Both the position numbers and the translations under genes were made by a program. The notes under the pieces were generated by a model. The model did no database searches, was not told the DNA's origin, and worked only from the letters and a program-made list of their open reading frames with translations. Source: a virus (lineage: Duplodnaviria > Caudoviricetes). Taken from it: a stretch of 64,000 nt of DNA. Each line of letters opens with the position of its first letter. The stretch's first letter is position 1. Where the stretch lies: IMG/VR virus record IMGVR_UViG_3300035670_000009, positions 64,001 through 128,000 of that record; one strand, given 5' to 3'. This document shows positions 27,076 through 36,599 of this stretch, piece by piece.

Positions 27076-27465
27076 TCACGATTGAATGAGCGGGTCAACA
27101 ATCTGCTCCAGTTCGCCGAGCATTTTCTTGGCCTGTGCGATACCGCCGCAAGTCTTGGCGAACTGCGCCGCCATGATGAACTGGGCCGCCAGGATTAAGC
27201 TGGCGTTGTTTTTCTTTGGTGGGCAGACGCTGCTACCGTTCTTTGACACCTTGGCGCCGTTGCGTGGAGAAGTTGCGCCGCCGCGACGTCGCTTGTTGAA
27301 CTTGCGCAGCACGACGGACGCCTGGCCACTGGAAATCGTGATTCCCTTCTTTTCCATCTCGGCCTGGATATCGACGGGGCGAACGTTTTTGCCCTCGGCG
27401 CGACATTGGGCAATGAACGCCCGCATGAGGTCGGCCTTAGTCGGGTCATAAGTCTTGAATGCCAC
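27076..27465 (-). CDS. putative DNA-binding protein, paralog of 26313-27032
   Basis: GTG start with CAGGAG; VRPVDIQAEMEKKGITISSGQAS..AAQFAKTCGGIAQAKKML. Confidence 0.55.
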   Translation of the reverse strand: MAFKTYDPTKADLMRAFIAQCRAEGKNVRPVDIQAEMEKKGITISSGQASVVLRKFNKRRRGGATSPRNGAKVSKNGSSVCPPKKNNASLILAAQFIMAAQFAKTCGGIAQAKKMLGELEQIVDPLIQS

Positions 27466-27619
27466 GGGTATGCTCCTGATGACAACCGTTGTGGTTTTGA
27501 ACAAAACGCCGCGCACGTGCGCAGCGCAGGCGTGGATGCCACGATAGTGCGTGAAATCCAAAATGCAACGCGCCAAAAAATTCAGCGCGAATTATCAACC
27601 GACCGTGTGAAAACGCGGC

Positions 27620-28087
27620 TTAGGTCGCGCCGCCGTTGGAGCCTAGGGCTTTGTTTCGCATGGCTTCCAAACGTTCGTTCACTTCGGCTTTGGTCAAAGA
27701 TATCTTTTCACCACTGGCTCGTGGTTTGACCGCGGCGGGCGGGCAACTACAGCCTGGTCCCCGCAGCAGGCCCTCGTTCAATTCCGGCCACTTCTCGAGC
27801 GAATGAATCGCGCCGATCACATTCCAGGCAGCGTGCCCAAGATGATCCTCTGAGCGGTCTCCCCCGAGAAAGTCATAGAGGTGCGCGATCGCGTGGTTCA
27901 GCAAATCGGTCACGGGCATTCCGTTTTCCCAATTCGCCGCACCGCGCTTAGCGGCGCCTTCAGCGTACGTCTTGGCGAGCGCCTTGAGCCCGATCGGGCT
28001 GATTAAATCCCAGCGTTCATCGTCGCGGTCTGCGCTGCGCACGGCGCCGGTCTCAAAGTGATGGCTCGCCTCTTCGCTGTTCTTCAT
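27620..28087 (-). CDS. dATP/dGTP diphosphohydrolase-domain protein (DUF5664-like)
   Basis: Start re-assigned; TGAVR..RWDLISP..YAEGAAK.GAANWENG..HAIAHL..EDHLGHAAWN. Confidence 0.8.
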   Translation of the reverse strand: MKNSEEASHHFETGAVRSADRDDERWDLISPIGLKALAKTYAEGAAKRGAANWENGMPVTDLLNHAIAHLYDFLGGDRSEDHLGHAAWNVIGAIHSLEKWPELNEGLLRGPGCSCPPAAVKPRASGEKISLTKAEVNERLEAMRNKALGSNGGAT

Positions 28088-28385
28088 GTGGCTCGGTTTT
28101 GGGGTTGAAAAGAAAATAGAACCGCGGCGTGTCCACATAGAGCAGCGTGCCGAGCTGCCCGGTTTCCTTGTTGACCACGCTGACATACGGCGGCGTGGTT
28201 TCTATCAAGTCGAACGTGTGGTCAAATTCCGTTTCATTCCAGACGGCAGAATAGGTCTGCTCCAGAGCTGCGCGAACTTCGCCCGTTTCGTAGCGGCTAT
28301 AGAGATTGTGGAGCAGCTGCTGGAGCGTTTCATTGTCAGCCGCAATGCTGACTTCGGTCGTGGAAGCTTTGTCTTTTTCAGCCAT
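28053..28385 (-). CDS. hypothetical protein
   Basis: 110 aa; C-terminal GTLLYVDTPRFYFLF. Confidence 0.65.
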   Translation of the reverse strand: MAEKDKASTTEVSIAADNETLQQLLHNLYSRYETGEVRAALEQTYSAVWNETEFDHTFDLIETTPPYVSVVNKETGQLGTLLYVDTPRFYFLFNPKTEPHEEQRRGEPSL

Positions 28386-28767
28386 TAACGTTACTGTCCG
28401 GCGGTGTTTGCGGAGACGCAGTCAGCTCTTCTTGGCGCGCTTTGATTTGCCGCGCCAGTTCTGCCGCATAGTTGTCGTACATCTGCAATTGGTTGACGAG
28501 ATCTCGATTTACTTCGACATTGAACGCGGCAAGACGCTTGAGCAGCCCAAGCAGGCTGCCTGCATAGGGCGGTTGCGGATTGCGCAGACGCAGCAACCCG
28601 GACGGAATGTCTTGGATCTGCGTGTTCCAGATCGGCACAATTGCCACGCCGTGCAGTTCAGGCACAGCGGCTAGCAACGATGTGCAGAATTCGTCAGCGC
28701 GTTTGAACAGCTCTACGTCAAAAGGCAGGCGTTCCGACTGGACTTCTAATTTTGGTTCTTCACTCAT
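28378..28767 (-). CDS. hypothetical protein
   Basis: Start re-assigned to MSEEPK. Confidence 0.65.
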   Translation of the reverse strand: MSEEPKLEVQSERLPFDVELFKRADEFCTSLLAAVPELHGVAIVPIWNTQIQDIPSGLLRLRNPQPPYAGSLLGLLKRLAAFNVEVNRDLVNQLQMYDNYAAELARQIKARQEELTASPQTPPDSNVNG

Positions 28768-29122
28768 GATCGACTCCTTCGATAGGCGACACGTAGCGCA
28801 TGCGCGGCGGCAACAGGCCGTCGAGCACGTTTGAAAGCCGCGTCGCAGCCAGCGCATAAACCACTAGCCGAACGCAAGCGGTGATCGTAGCGCCAAACCA
28901 ATCGCTCGCCAAGAGTGCCACCATAAGCCAGAATGGCACGTGGTAGCTTTTGCAAAACGGACACATCAGCAGTTCCAGCGCGCGGCCTTTGAGCGAATCA
29001 GGATCCGTCGTGTCCTGGTGCGCCTCAGCCAGCGCGCGAAGATTGGCGAAGATCGATCCGCGGTGCCATGCTTCAATAATGGCGCCGGTTGCTAACACAA
29101 CAGCGAGAAAGTCCAGCAGCAT
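28760..29122 (-). CDS. membrane protein, DUF1360-like
   Basis: Hydrophobic helices with LLMCPFCKSYHV; start re-assigned to MLLDFL. Confidence 0.6.
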   Translation of the reverse strand: MLLDFLAVVLATGAIIEAWHRGSIFANLRALAEAHQDTTDPDSLKGRALELLMCPFCKSYHVPFWLMVALLASDWFGATITACVRLVVYALAATRLSNVLDGLLPPRMRYVSPIEGVDHE

Positions 29123-29135
29123 AACGTTTCCCGCG

Positions 29136-29321
29136 TTATCGCCGGGCACGTTGCTCGCCCCTGTCGAGGCTGTTGCAGAGCACGAGCGTCGCGTAAGTCG
29201 CCAACAGCGCAGCGACCATTCCGCCCCAACCAATAGTGCCGATTAATAGGCAGATAATTGCGCCGATAGTTATGGCGCCGCCGGTTGCAAGAAACAAACT
29301 TCCAAAATCGGTTTCGTTCAC
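29136..29321 (-). CDS. small two-helix membrane protein
   Basis: GTG start (GTGA overlap); two hydrophobic segments. Confidence 0.5.
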   Translation of the reverse strand: MNETDFGSLFLATGGAITIGAIICLLIGTIGWGGMVAALLATYATLVLCNSLDRGEQRARR

Positions 29322-29584
29322 GGTGCGTGTGCGTCTCCGTGCGGCCACACCTGAGTCAAACCAGTGTCGGTCGGCGGGCAGCCGTTCACGTCTTGCTGGT
29401 ATTCAGGTAGCGGCAGTGGTGGTTCAAGAGTCAAATGATGCGCCATGTTCTGCCACAGAGACACTTGTGGCCCAGGACCGCGCAACGTGGTCCGAATATC
29501 TGGTTGTCGCCGCTCTTGGTAGAGCTTTGCGCTGTGTCCAACAGTTGCCATTGTCTTCTCCCGTGTGCAACCCAGCAGAGCCAC
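29318..29584 (-). CDS. hypothetical protein
   Basis: Stop overlaps the next start; start codon uncertain. Confidence 0.45.
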   Translation of the reverse strand: MALLGCTREKTMATVGHSAKLYQERRQPDIRTTLRGPGPQVSLWQNMAHHLTLEPPLPLPEYQQDVNGCPPTDTGLTQVWPHGDAHAP

Positions 29585-29787
29585 CTTCTAGTATACTCTG
29601 CCAGGCTGCGGGCTCTAGTTCAGTCATCTTGACCGAGACTGGAGAGAAGCCGGAACACGCCGTAAAAAAGTCTTGTCGCACAGTGCAGGCCGTGAGCGGC
29701 GATAATGTTTACGCCGTCTTCTAGCCATTCCAGTTCGGCAATTTCTTCGTGTTCCTGACCGCTGTCACGGGATTGATACTGGGACAT

Positions 29788-31719
29788 ATGGCACCAGAGA
29801 TAAAAGAGCGGGTGGTGAATCCGCTGGAATCAGCAGCTAGCGAGGTCGCCCACGCGGGCGTTCGTTCGCTGCTCACAGAACTGACATCGATTGACGTGAC
29901 GGACCAGGCGTCTGCGCGTGAGCGAATGCACGTACTCAAAGCGCTGGCCGAACAACGGGCTTTTCCGTCGCTCGAGCCAATCTTGCCGCTGGTGTTAAAC
30001 CTGAACGGCAAACCGTATTCCATTCACGATCATTTTCCCTTTGCGCCTTTGTTCAGGGTGCTCATGCCAAAGTCGCAGGTCTGGAAAACCGGTCGGCAGC
30101 TCTCGAAATCCACCTCGTTGGCGGCGCATGGTGTTGTGGTAGCCAATAGTATTCCGTTCTTTAAAACGCTGTACGTAACACCGCTTTTTGAACAGATACG
30201 TCGGTTCAGCAACAACTACGTGCGGAGCTTTATCGAGCAGTCTCCCATCAAGAACCAGTGGTGCGGTACTGAAACAGACAACAACGTGCTCCAAAGGTCA
30301 TTTCGCAACAAGAGCATGATGTTGTTTTCGTACGCAATGCTCGACGCTGATCGCGTGCGAGGTGTTTCTAGCGATCGGATGTGTATCGACGAGGTCCAAG
30401 ACATGGACCCAGACCACATTCCGATTATTCAAGAGACGATGTCGTATTCCCGGTTTGCGATGAGCCATTTCACCGGAACGCCGAAGACCCTAGATAACCC
30501 TTTAGAGGGGCTATACCAGCGAAGCTCGGCAGCAGAGTGGTTTATTCCATGCGCAGCTGGCGGGTGCGGGCATTGGAATATTCCGTCGCGGGAGCACGAC
30601 CTTGACGCGATGATCGGCCCATACCGAGACGATATCAGCGAGAAAGCGCCTGCCACAATTTGCGCTAAGTGTCAAAAGCCTATTAACCCAAGGCACGGCC
30701 GATGGGTCCATCGGCATCCGGATCGCCGATGGGTCTTTGCCGGTTATCACGTGCCGCAGATTTTGTTGCCGCTTCATTACGCCGACCCGGATAAGTGGGC
30801 GACGCTCCTCATGAAGCGGGAAGGCTTCAACTACACTCCGGCCCAGTTCTATAACGAGGTGCTCGGCGAATCGATTGACGCCGGGCAGAAGCTCGTCACG
30901 GAGACCGACTTGCGCAACGCCTGCCTGCTCCCGTGGGAGAACAAACGCGAGCCAGAACCGGAGTGTTTTAAACACATAGACCAGTACAAGCAACGCATTT
31001 TGGCGATCGACTGGGGTGGCGGCGGAGAAGCGGGAATCTCTTTTACAGTGATCTCGATTCTCGGTTTTCGCCACGACGGCGTGATCGACGTACTCTGGGG
31101 CAAACGCCTGATGATGGGCGGCGAACATCTCGCCGAAGCTGTCGAATGCATGAAATATTCGCAGTTGTTTAAGTGCGATTTCGTCTGTCACGACTACACC
31201 GGTGCAGGCACAGTGCGCGAAACAGTAATGGTCCAGGCTGGATTTAACCTAGACCGCGTATTAGCTATTCGCCTGTGTCGTTCGGCTGCGCAAGATCTCA
31301 TGGTGTACAAGGAACCAACCGCGTTCAATCACCGCGCGCACTACAGCTTGGATAAGACTAGATCACTGCTCTACACCTGCCAGGCAATCAAACTCAAACA
31401 GGTCCGGTTTTTTCAATACGACTGGTTATCGCAGGACAACCCTGGCCTAATCGCTGATTTCTTGGCGCTCATTGAGAACAAAACAGAAAGCCGCAGCTCG
31501 GGGGATATTTACACGATTACGAGAAACGTGTTGTTGTCAGACGACTTTGCACAGTCGGTGAACTTCGGCACGAACGCGCTGTGGCACATCAACCAGGCGT
31601 TGCCCAACTTCGCTGAAATCGCCGGACTGGGCCGAATTAGCGCGAAGCTGGCTGCTCAAGAAGCCACAGGCGACTGGGCCGACGACGACCTGGGCGACCG
31701 GTTCTTCAGCGGTTACTGA
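29788..31719 (+). CDS. terL: phage terminase large subunit (GpA-like)
   Basis: Walker A-like KTGRQLSKST, Walker B MCIDEVQD, GTPKT, Cys cluster CAAGGCGHWN..CAKC, YNEVLG, nuclease-domain AIDWG and DDFAQ. Start 29788 (ORF open from 29749). Confidence 0.88.
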   Translation: MAPEIKERVVNPLESAASEVAHAGVRSLLTELTSIDVTDQASARERMHVLKALAEQRAFPSLEPILPLVLNLNGKPYSIHDHFPFAPLFRVLMPKSQVWKTGRQLSKSTSLAAHGVVVANSIPFFKTLYVTPLFEQIRRFSNNYVRSFIEQSPIKNQWCGTETDNNVLQRSFRNKSMMLFSYAMLDADRVRGVSSDRMCIDEVQDMDPDHIPIIQETMSYSRFAMSHFTGTPKTLDNPLEGLYQRSSAAEWFIPCAAGGCGHWNIPSREHDLDAMIGPYRDDISEKAPATICAKCQKPINPRHGRWVHRHPDRRWVFAGYHVPQILLPLHYADPDKWATLLMKREGFNYTPAQFYNEVLGESIDAGQKLVTETDLRNACLLPWENKREPEPECFKHIDQYKQRILAIDWGGGGEAGISFTVISILGFRHDGVIDVLWGKRLMMGGEHLAEAVECMKYSQLFKCDFVCHDYTGAGTVRETVMVQAGFNLDRVLAIRLCRSAAQDLMVYKEPTAFNHRAHYSLDKTRSLLYTCQAIKLKQVRFFQYDWLSQDNPGLIADFLALIENKTESRSSGDIYTITRNVLLSDDFAQSVNFGTNALWHINQALPNFAEIAGLGRISAKLAAQEATGDWADDDLGDRFFSGY

Positions 31720-31731
31720 ATAGATATCTAT

Positions 31732-32202
31732 TCACACCTGCATGACCCGACGGCGTCTCACGGCGCCAAAATCAACCACCGCTCGGGCCAGGTGCGTTGT
31801 CACCGCTGACGGCGCTGCCGTCTCCGGCGCGGTTGACCTGACGACTCGTTGTTCTGTTCGCGGAATGAAACCGGCAGAACGAATTACATATGACAAGTTG
31901 TCTCCCGCAGAATGATAACCTTCGTCTAAATACACAACGAACAGCTCAAGCAAAGCACAAGGCAATTTAACAATGTTGTCTGCCGGGCACAGAATTCGTG
32001 CGTGTCGTGACGATGTTGTTGAGTACCGGCCGCTGTTCCCGTACCATTGCTTTCCGTAATACAAGTAAAGCGGCCACCTGTCGCTATACGAAAAGACGCC
32101 ATATCCGCCATTGTTGAATTTTCGGCCATAGATGTTCGCGCCGCGAAAAGGTTTGCAGTTAAGAACGTATTCTTTGGCCTTGTAGTTAGGCACGCGAGGC
32201 AT
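31732..32202 (-). CDS. hypothetical protein
   Basis: 156 aa; YGVFSY..WPLY..YS.TSSRH pattern. Confidence 0.65.
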   Translation of the reverse strand: MPRVPNYKAKEYVLNCKPFRGANIYGRKFNNGGYGVFSYSDRWPLYLYYGKQWYGNSGRYSTTSSRHARILCPADNIVKLPCALLELFVVYLDEGYHSAGDNLSYVIRSAGFIPRTEQRVVRSTAPETAAPSAVTTHLARAVVDFGAVRRRRVMQV

Positions 32203-32205
32203 GGT

Positions 32206-32550
32206 TCAGTTGTACCGCCAGCAATAATTTTCAAGGTAGTTGCGCAGTTCTCGGCGCGCGCCCACGCGACAGGCAACAATCTGCTGCACAACGCCTAGGC
32301 AAGCTAGATGCAGCGCGTTAGCCGCCTCGGTGCAGTCCATGCTGCTGGCGTACAGGTCCCAGCCGTTGCCAGACATAGGAATAAGGGCGTCTTTGTCGTT
32401 AATGACATCCCAAAGAATTCCTTGGAAAATTCCGTCTGGCTCAGTATCGCGTGCGCCATATTCGCGATATTTGTTTTGCACAGATTCGAAATTTTTAATG
32501 GCGGCTTTTACAGCGTCGAGTGTTCCAGCTTCGGGCGTAGTCTCGATCAC
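32206..32550 (-). CDS. hypothetical protein
   Basis: 114 aa; coupled to the upstream ORF. Confidence 0.6.
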   Translation of the reverse strand: MIETTPEAGTLDAVKAAIKNFESVQNKYREYGARDTEPDGIFQGILWDVINDKDALIPMSGNGWDLYASSMDCTEAANALHLACLGVVQQIVACRVGARRELRNYLENYCWRYN

Positions 32551-32858
32551 GTCGTCACCTCGTCCGCCAGTCGCGCAGCCACGAGGGCGGCATCGTACTG
32601 CGCCTTGGCGATGATCTTCGCGCGCACGGCGTTAGCGATGTCGTCGAGGTATTCGGCGTACTGCTTGTCCGTCGTGACCAGCGCCTCGGCCGAGCTGTAT
32701 GAGTGCGCCTTGCCGGTGAGCGGATTGTCGCCCGACTTCATGATGCGGTCGATGGCGGCGAGCTTGACAGTATGCCGCCGGTTTTCGAGGGTCATTTCGA
32801 TTTTCACGGCGTCTGCCAGTGTGACGCCCCAATCTTTGATTTCTTGCACGTAGTCCAC
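32547..32858 (-). CDS. hypothetical protein
   Basis: GTG start with AAGGAG. Confidence 0.65.
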   Translation of the reverse strand: MDYVQEIKDWGVTLADAVKIEMTLENRRHTVKLAAIDRIMKSGDNPLTGKAHSYSSAEALVTTDKQYAEYLDDIANAVRAKIIAKAQYDAALVAARLADEVTT

Positions 32859-32868
32859 GGCGTTCTCC

Positions 32869-33195
32869 TTATTCTTGGTCTTCGGGGATGGGGCCATTGA
32901 TTGCAATAAGCAGCTCATGTGCGACGCGCAGTTCGACTAGATTTGCAATCGCCTGCACACCTGCAAATCGTTCCGGATGTTTGGCCGGGTCAAAACGGCC
33001 GTACAACGTGTAAAAAATTTCGCTGATTGCGTCTGCGTCCGCTGCGGCTTGTTCCGCTGTTTCAATTACAGCGACGTAAGACTTTGCGGCGCCGCGCGGC
33101 ATTTCTTCCCGCACAGAACGCAGTTCATAGTGCGAAAAGAGCGACACTGGATTGCTGTTAGGAACAGAAAGAAAGTAAGGTGCTTGATTTTCCAT
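32869..33195 (-). CDS. hypothetical protein
   Basis: Start re-assigned to MENQAP. Confidence 0.6.
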   Translation of the reverse strand: MENQAPYFLSVPNSNPVSLFSHYELRSVREEMPRGAAKSYVAVIETAEQAAADADAISEIFYTLYGRFDPAKHPERFAGVQAIANLVELRVAHELLIAINGPIPEDQE

Positions 33196-33197
33196 GT

Positions 33198-33908
33198 TTA
33201 CTCCGAAGCCCAGCCGCCGACCAGCCACTGCACGCCGTGATCGACCTGCTCGGTGGCGTAAATTTTAGGCGTGTGTTTGATGTCAAATGCGACGAGTTTG
33301 TCGGCTGCTTTTTTCGCGACGCTGCTGGCTTTGAGTCGCTGTTTGATTGCTTTTTGCAGTTCTCGCAGCTGCGCAGCATTTGGCGGCTCGCTGAACGCAG
33401 GCGTCATTCTGCCAAGCATGTCGCTTACAGCCTGCTGCAGAACTTTGGCTGCGCGCGTTTTAGTTTCGAAATCGCTATAGAGCGCAATTGCGGTAGCTTT
33501 TTGAGCCGCGGTTAACCCGTCAGCAGCTATCGGTACGCTGGCGCCGTTTTGCCAGACGCTGGTAACCGTGCGCAGTACGTGGCCATCAATTGCCGCAAAG
33601 ATTGAATGGTTGCCATTTTTGCCGTTAAATGTTGGCGCTTTGGCAACCTCTGTGCGAATGTCTTTGAACCGAACTGCTAACGCTGCTTCCCATTTGTCCG
33701 TATGAGCTGCAACGTATTCTTCGGCCGCGGCCCGGGTATCGAACACTCGGTCTTCGATTTGAAAACCGCTCGTCGTAGTGAGCGTACCGTTGTAGGCGTT
33801 GCCGCCGTATGTGCTAGTTAGTTCTGAGAGGCGCGCGTCATACTGGCGGCGTAGTTCTGATCTATTGAGATTGCCATCAAATAGTTCTGTCGCGAAGCGC
33901 GCGCCCAT
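33198..33908 (-). CDS. hypothetical protein
   Basis: Start re-assigned to MGARFA; YGGNAYNGT..DKWEAALAV..WLVGGWASE. Confidence 0.65.
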   Translation of the reverse strand: MGARFATELFDGNLNRSELRRQYDARLSELTSTYGGNAYNGTLTTTSGFQIEDRVFDTRAAAEEYVAAHTDKWEAALAVRFKDIRTEVAKAPTFNGKNGNHSIFAAIDGHVLRTVTSVWQNGASVPIAADGLTAAQKATAIALYSDFETKTRAAKVLQQAVSDMLGRMTPAFSEPPNAAQLRELQKAIKQRLKASSVAKKAADKLVAFDIKHTPKIYATEQVDHGVQWLVGGWASE

Positions 33909-33918
33909 GACTCTCCTT

Positions 33919-34155
33919 CTAGTAGCCGTCTCCCCAGGGTCGTTTTTCTTTGCGCGTGGGGACTCGGCGGGGAAACTTGTTGGGGTGGCAGACTTGGCAA
34001 CGCGCACGCCCGCAACCAGAACAACGGAGCGCTTTCCGGAACCGGCCGGGTTTTGGGGCGCGCCCGTCTTGTTCCGGGCCGAGATAACTGCTCAGCTGCC
34101 TGTACAGCTGCGCGCGATGTTCGATGATGTGCTGCTCTTCATGGTACCGACGCAT
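33919..34155 (-). CDS. small basic Cys-containing protein
   Basis: CSGCGRARCQVCHP. Confidence 0.55.
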   Translation of the reverse strand: MRRYHEEQHIIEHRAQLYRQLSSYLGPEQDGRAPKPGRFRKALRCSGCGRARCQVCHPNKFPRRVPTRKEKRPWGDGY

Positions 34156-34185
34156 AAATGTCTCCGACTCGCGCCGCCGAGTGCT

Positions 34186-34626
34186 TTACGGTTCGCAGTA
34201 GATGACCGTTTTGCAGCCGCACTGCTCGGCCATTTTGACTATTTCCGGCGCATAGACCGAAACGATCTTTTTTCGGTCGAGCAGCCCGGCAGAAATTAAC
34301 GCTAATAGCCCAAGCCGAGCAAGCCCGTGACGGCGACATTCTGGATCGGTGAAACACTCGATCGTCTGCGCCATAACGGGCTCGCCCTTGAATTTTTCCG
34401 GCCACAATCTGGTACCGACCCAGCTGACAAACATGCCGTTTTGCCAGACCAGCGCCAGCCACATTGTGGAATACGGCCCAGCCGTGGGTCGGGTATAGCG
34501 CTTTTCCAGCTCTTTTTGCATCGAGCTGTCGCTGCCGGAATCCGGCCACGACATGCGGCTCATAATAGCCGTCACGTCTGTCAGCGTTAACCGATTGATA
34601 TCTTTGATGCGAATTTCGAAGTTCAT
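34186..34626 (-). CDS. GNAT-like acetyltransferase
   Basis: CFTDPECRRHGLAR resembles GNAT motif A. Confidence 0.5.
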   Translation of the reverse strand: MNFEIRIKDINRLTLTDVTAIMSRMSWPDSGSDSSMQKELEKRYTRPTAGPYSTMWLALVWQNGMFVSWVGTRLWPEKFKGEPVMAQTIECFTDPECRRHGLARLGLLALISAGLLDRKKIVSVYAPEIVKMAEQCGCKTVIYCEP

Positions 34627-34676
34627 AACGCCACCTCCGTGCAGCAATTATTTTATCGCACGGAAGCGCGCGAACT

Positions 34677-34841
34677 TTAATTTTCGCGCCGGTACTCGCG
34701 AAGCTGTTCGTTGGCCACGCTGCGCCGCTGTTGCGTACTGTGCAGTCGGTTGTTCCGACAATAGTCACAGCTACCGTGGCAGCGACAACTGGTGTCAAAT
34801 CGTTTAGACCCCGTGTAGGCGCGCTTGCGAGTTCGGCTCAT
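34677..34841 (-). CDS. small basic Cys/His protein
   Basis: MSRT..YTGSKRFDTSCRCHGSCDYC; ATGA overlap. Confidence 0.65.
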   Translation of the reverse strand: MSRTRKRAYTGSKRFDTSCRCHGSCDYCRNNRLHSTQQRRSVANEQLREYRREN

Positions 34842-35161
34842 CGCCTTTTCTCCCGTTTTTTGCCGATGATCTTGTACGGTCGATTCACGAAGTTTGGCAG
34901 GTCGCAGGTTTTCCAACGCGTCAAAGCAAGCGCGACGAAACCGCCCTCTTTTTCGCTGAACGCTTCGATCCATTTTCGTCGACCGCGCTCGCAATACGCA
35001 ACAAATTTGAACGGCCCTTTGGCCGCCATACTCATTTTGATTCTTTTATTCGCCTCGTCACGGCGAATGTAATAAGGGCCGCCATTAGCGCGAAATACGT
35101 CGCCTTTACGTATGATAACGCGAGCAGAAACGCGATATTCGTCGTGTGTGACGGTCTTCAT
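34838..35161 (-). CDS. hypothetical basic protein
   Basis: 107 aa, coupled to neighbours. Confidence 0.6.
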   Translation of the reverse strand: MKTVTHDEYRVSARVIIRKGDVFRANGGPYYIRRDEANKRIKMSMAAKGPFKFVAYCERGRRKWIEAFSEKEGGFVALALTRWKTCDLPNFVNRPYKIIGKKREKRR

Positions 35162-35352
35162 GTCAGACCTCCAACGAAATAAACCCGTCTTGAGTCAGCT
35201 TTCCAAAGCCGTGCGAGTCTTTGGACAAAGGCGATAGCGTGTTTTTGCGCGCTACGTGTTTGAGTGTTTTTACGGACAACGTCATTCAAACCTCGTTTGT
35301 AGGCCCAATTCGCGCATTGACAGCAGCGCCTCCGCATTGCCCTTGGCGTCAT
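35158..35352 (-). CDS. hypothetical protein
   Basis: 64 aa; stop overlaps the next start. Confidence 0.45.
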   Translation of the reverse strand: MTPRAMRRRCCQCANWAYKRGLNDVVRKNTQTRSAQKHAIAFVQRLARLWKADSRRVYFVGGLT

Positions 35353-35800
35353 GCACTGGATTGTGGTCGTGCTTGGTTTTGCGCAGGTGTTTCCACCGCG
35401 CGTACGTGTTTTTCACCAAGCCGCAGTACAGGTCGCCAATCCGTCGGGCCGAATAGCCGAACGGGTTTTCGCCTAGGTACTTGTGGAAGTAATAGTTAAT
35501 CCACTGCCAATCGAATGCCGGATTGTCCGACACGAAGATCGGGCGGCCCTTAGAACTGGCGCGAATCCATTCGGCAAACCGAGTCATAACGGCCGCCGGA
35601 TCCTCGAACGTCTCGTGCTTGGCCCGGCAAATTCCGCTGATTGCGGCCGCCGCCAGGTTCGTGCGTTCCGAGATCGGCGCGGTCTCGCCGTAGAACGTTT
35701 TGTCCAGGTTCTCGTTCACGACGACCGCGCCGAAGCAGATCATCGAGAACTCCGGCGGAATCGGCCCGTCGGCTTCTACATCAACTACGATCCAGCTCAT
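35282..35800 (-). CDS. DEDD 3'-5' exo(ribo)nuclease
   Basis: MSWIVVDVEADGPIP..SDNPAFDWQWINYYF..HDHNPVHDAKGNA. Confidence 0.85.
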   Translation of the reverse strand: MSWIVVDVEADGPIPPEFSMICFGAVVVNENLDKTFYGETAPISERTNLAAAAISGICRAKHETFEDPAAVMTRFAEWIRASSKGRPIFVSDNPAFDWQWINYYFHKYLGENPFGYSARRIGDLYCGLVKNTYARWKHLRKTKHDHNPVHDAKGNAEALLSMRELGLQTRFE

Positions 35801-36249
35801 GGTACGGGCCACTTGTAGGAAAGGTCCGGCTTTACCAACCAACCGAACTGAGAGTACCAGTCGGGTTCTTTACGCAGCAGGTTGCTACGGTGGCTGGTCA
35901 TGATACTCCAGTCGCGCATCCACGGCGGATACCGAGCCGGTTCGTTGGGCACGCGCAAGCTTTTGACAACGCCGAGAAATTCCTCGAGCAGCTTGTCTTT
36001 GTAGCCACGGCGGCGGCACTCGTGCGCTATGTGCACCGCGTAGATTGCCAGGGCCAGCTCGTGTCCGCGCCACATGCGGACCGCCGGGTGGTTCTGCCAG
36101 GCCTTGCTGCCCGTTGGCTTATGGGCGCCGACCGATACGCCGAGCGCCAGAAGGATCTGCTTGCATTCGACGGCTTGTTTGAAAAGCCTTTTGTTGTCGA
36201 GCACGTACGCGCATTTGTTAAATCGCGCGTAAGGCAGAAAAGTTTGCAC
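35797..36249 (-). CDS. pyrimidine-dimer DNA glycosylase-like protein (DenV/MSMEG_6728 family)
   Basis: GTG start; QTFLPY..LDNKRL.KQAVECKQIL..NHPAVRMWRG..SHRSNLLRK. Confidence 0.8.
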   Translation of the reverse strand: MQTFLPYARFNKCAYVLDNKRLFKQAVECKQILLALGVSVGAHKPTGSKAWQNHPAVRMWRGHELALAIYAVHIAHECRRRGYKDKLLEEFLGVVKSLRVPNEPARYPPWMRDWSIMTSHRSNLLRKEPDWYSQFGWLVKPDLSYKWPVP

Positions 36250-36599
36250 TATTCCTCGTTTAGGTCGTCGTTGTCGTACCAATCGTCGTCGTCTTCGTCG
36301 TCGTCTTCGTCGTAGTCGTCGGTGCCGCTGTCCCAGTCCTGCTCATCATCGTCGTCATCGTCGTAGGTTTCTTCGTCGTCGTTTTCGTCATCATCATCGT
36401 CGTCGAAGTGCCACGTCGTTGACGGCGCGCGCGTAAAATCGTCGTCATCGTCGTCATCGTCCTCTTCGGATTCGTGAACAAACTGCCACTCTTCCTCGAG
36501 AAAGTCGTCGTCCAGCCCGTCGTCAAAGCGCGCATAAAGCTTTGCGAGTGCGTTGAACTGCTCAAAAGAAACGACGTCGTTATCCAAATTCGCGCGCAT
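36249..36599 (-). CDS. extremely acidic low-complexity protein
   Basis: Long D/E runs encoded by GAC/GAT/GAA repeats; start re-assigned to MRANLD. Confidence 0.65.
   Translation of the reverse strand: MRANLDNDVVSFEQFNALAKLYARFDDGLDDDFLEEEWQFVHESEEDDDDDDDDFTRAPSTTWHFDDDDDDENDDEETYDDDDDDEQDWDSGTDDYDEDDDEDDDDWYDNDDLNEE

Noticed and set aside
29585-29787. Sigma70 promoter for the terminase (TATACT at ~29592)
   Set aside because: No properly spaced -35 box on either strand; not supportable.
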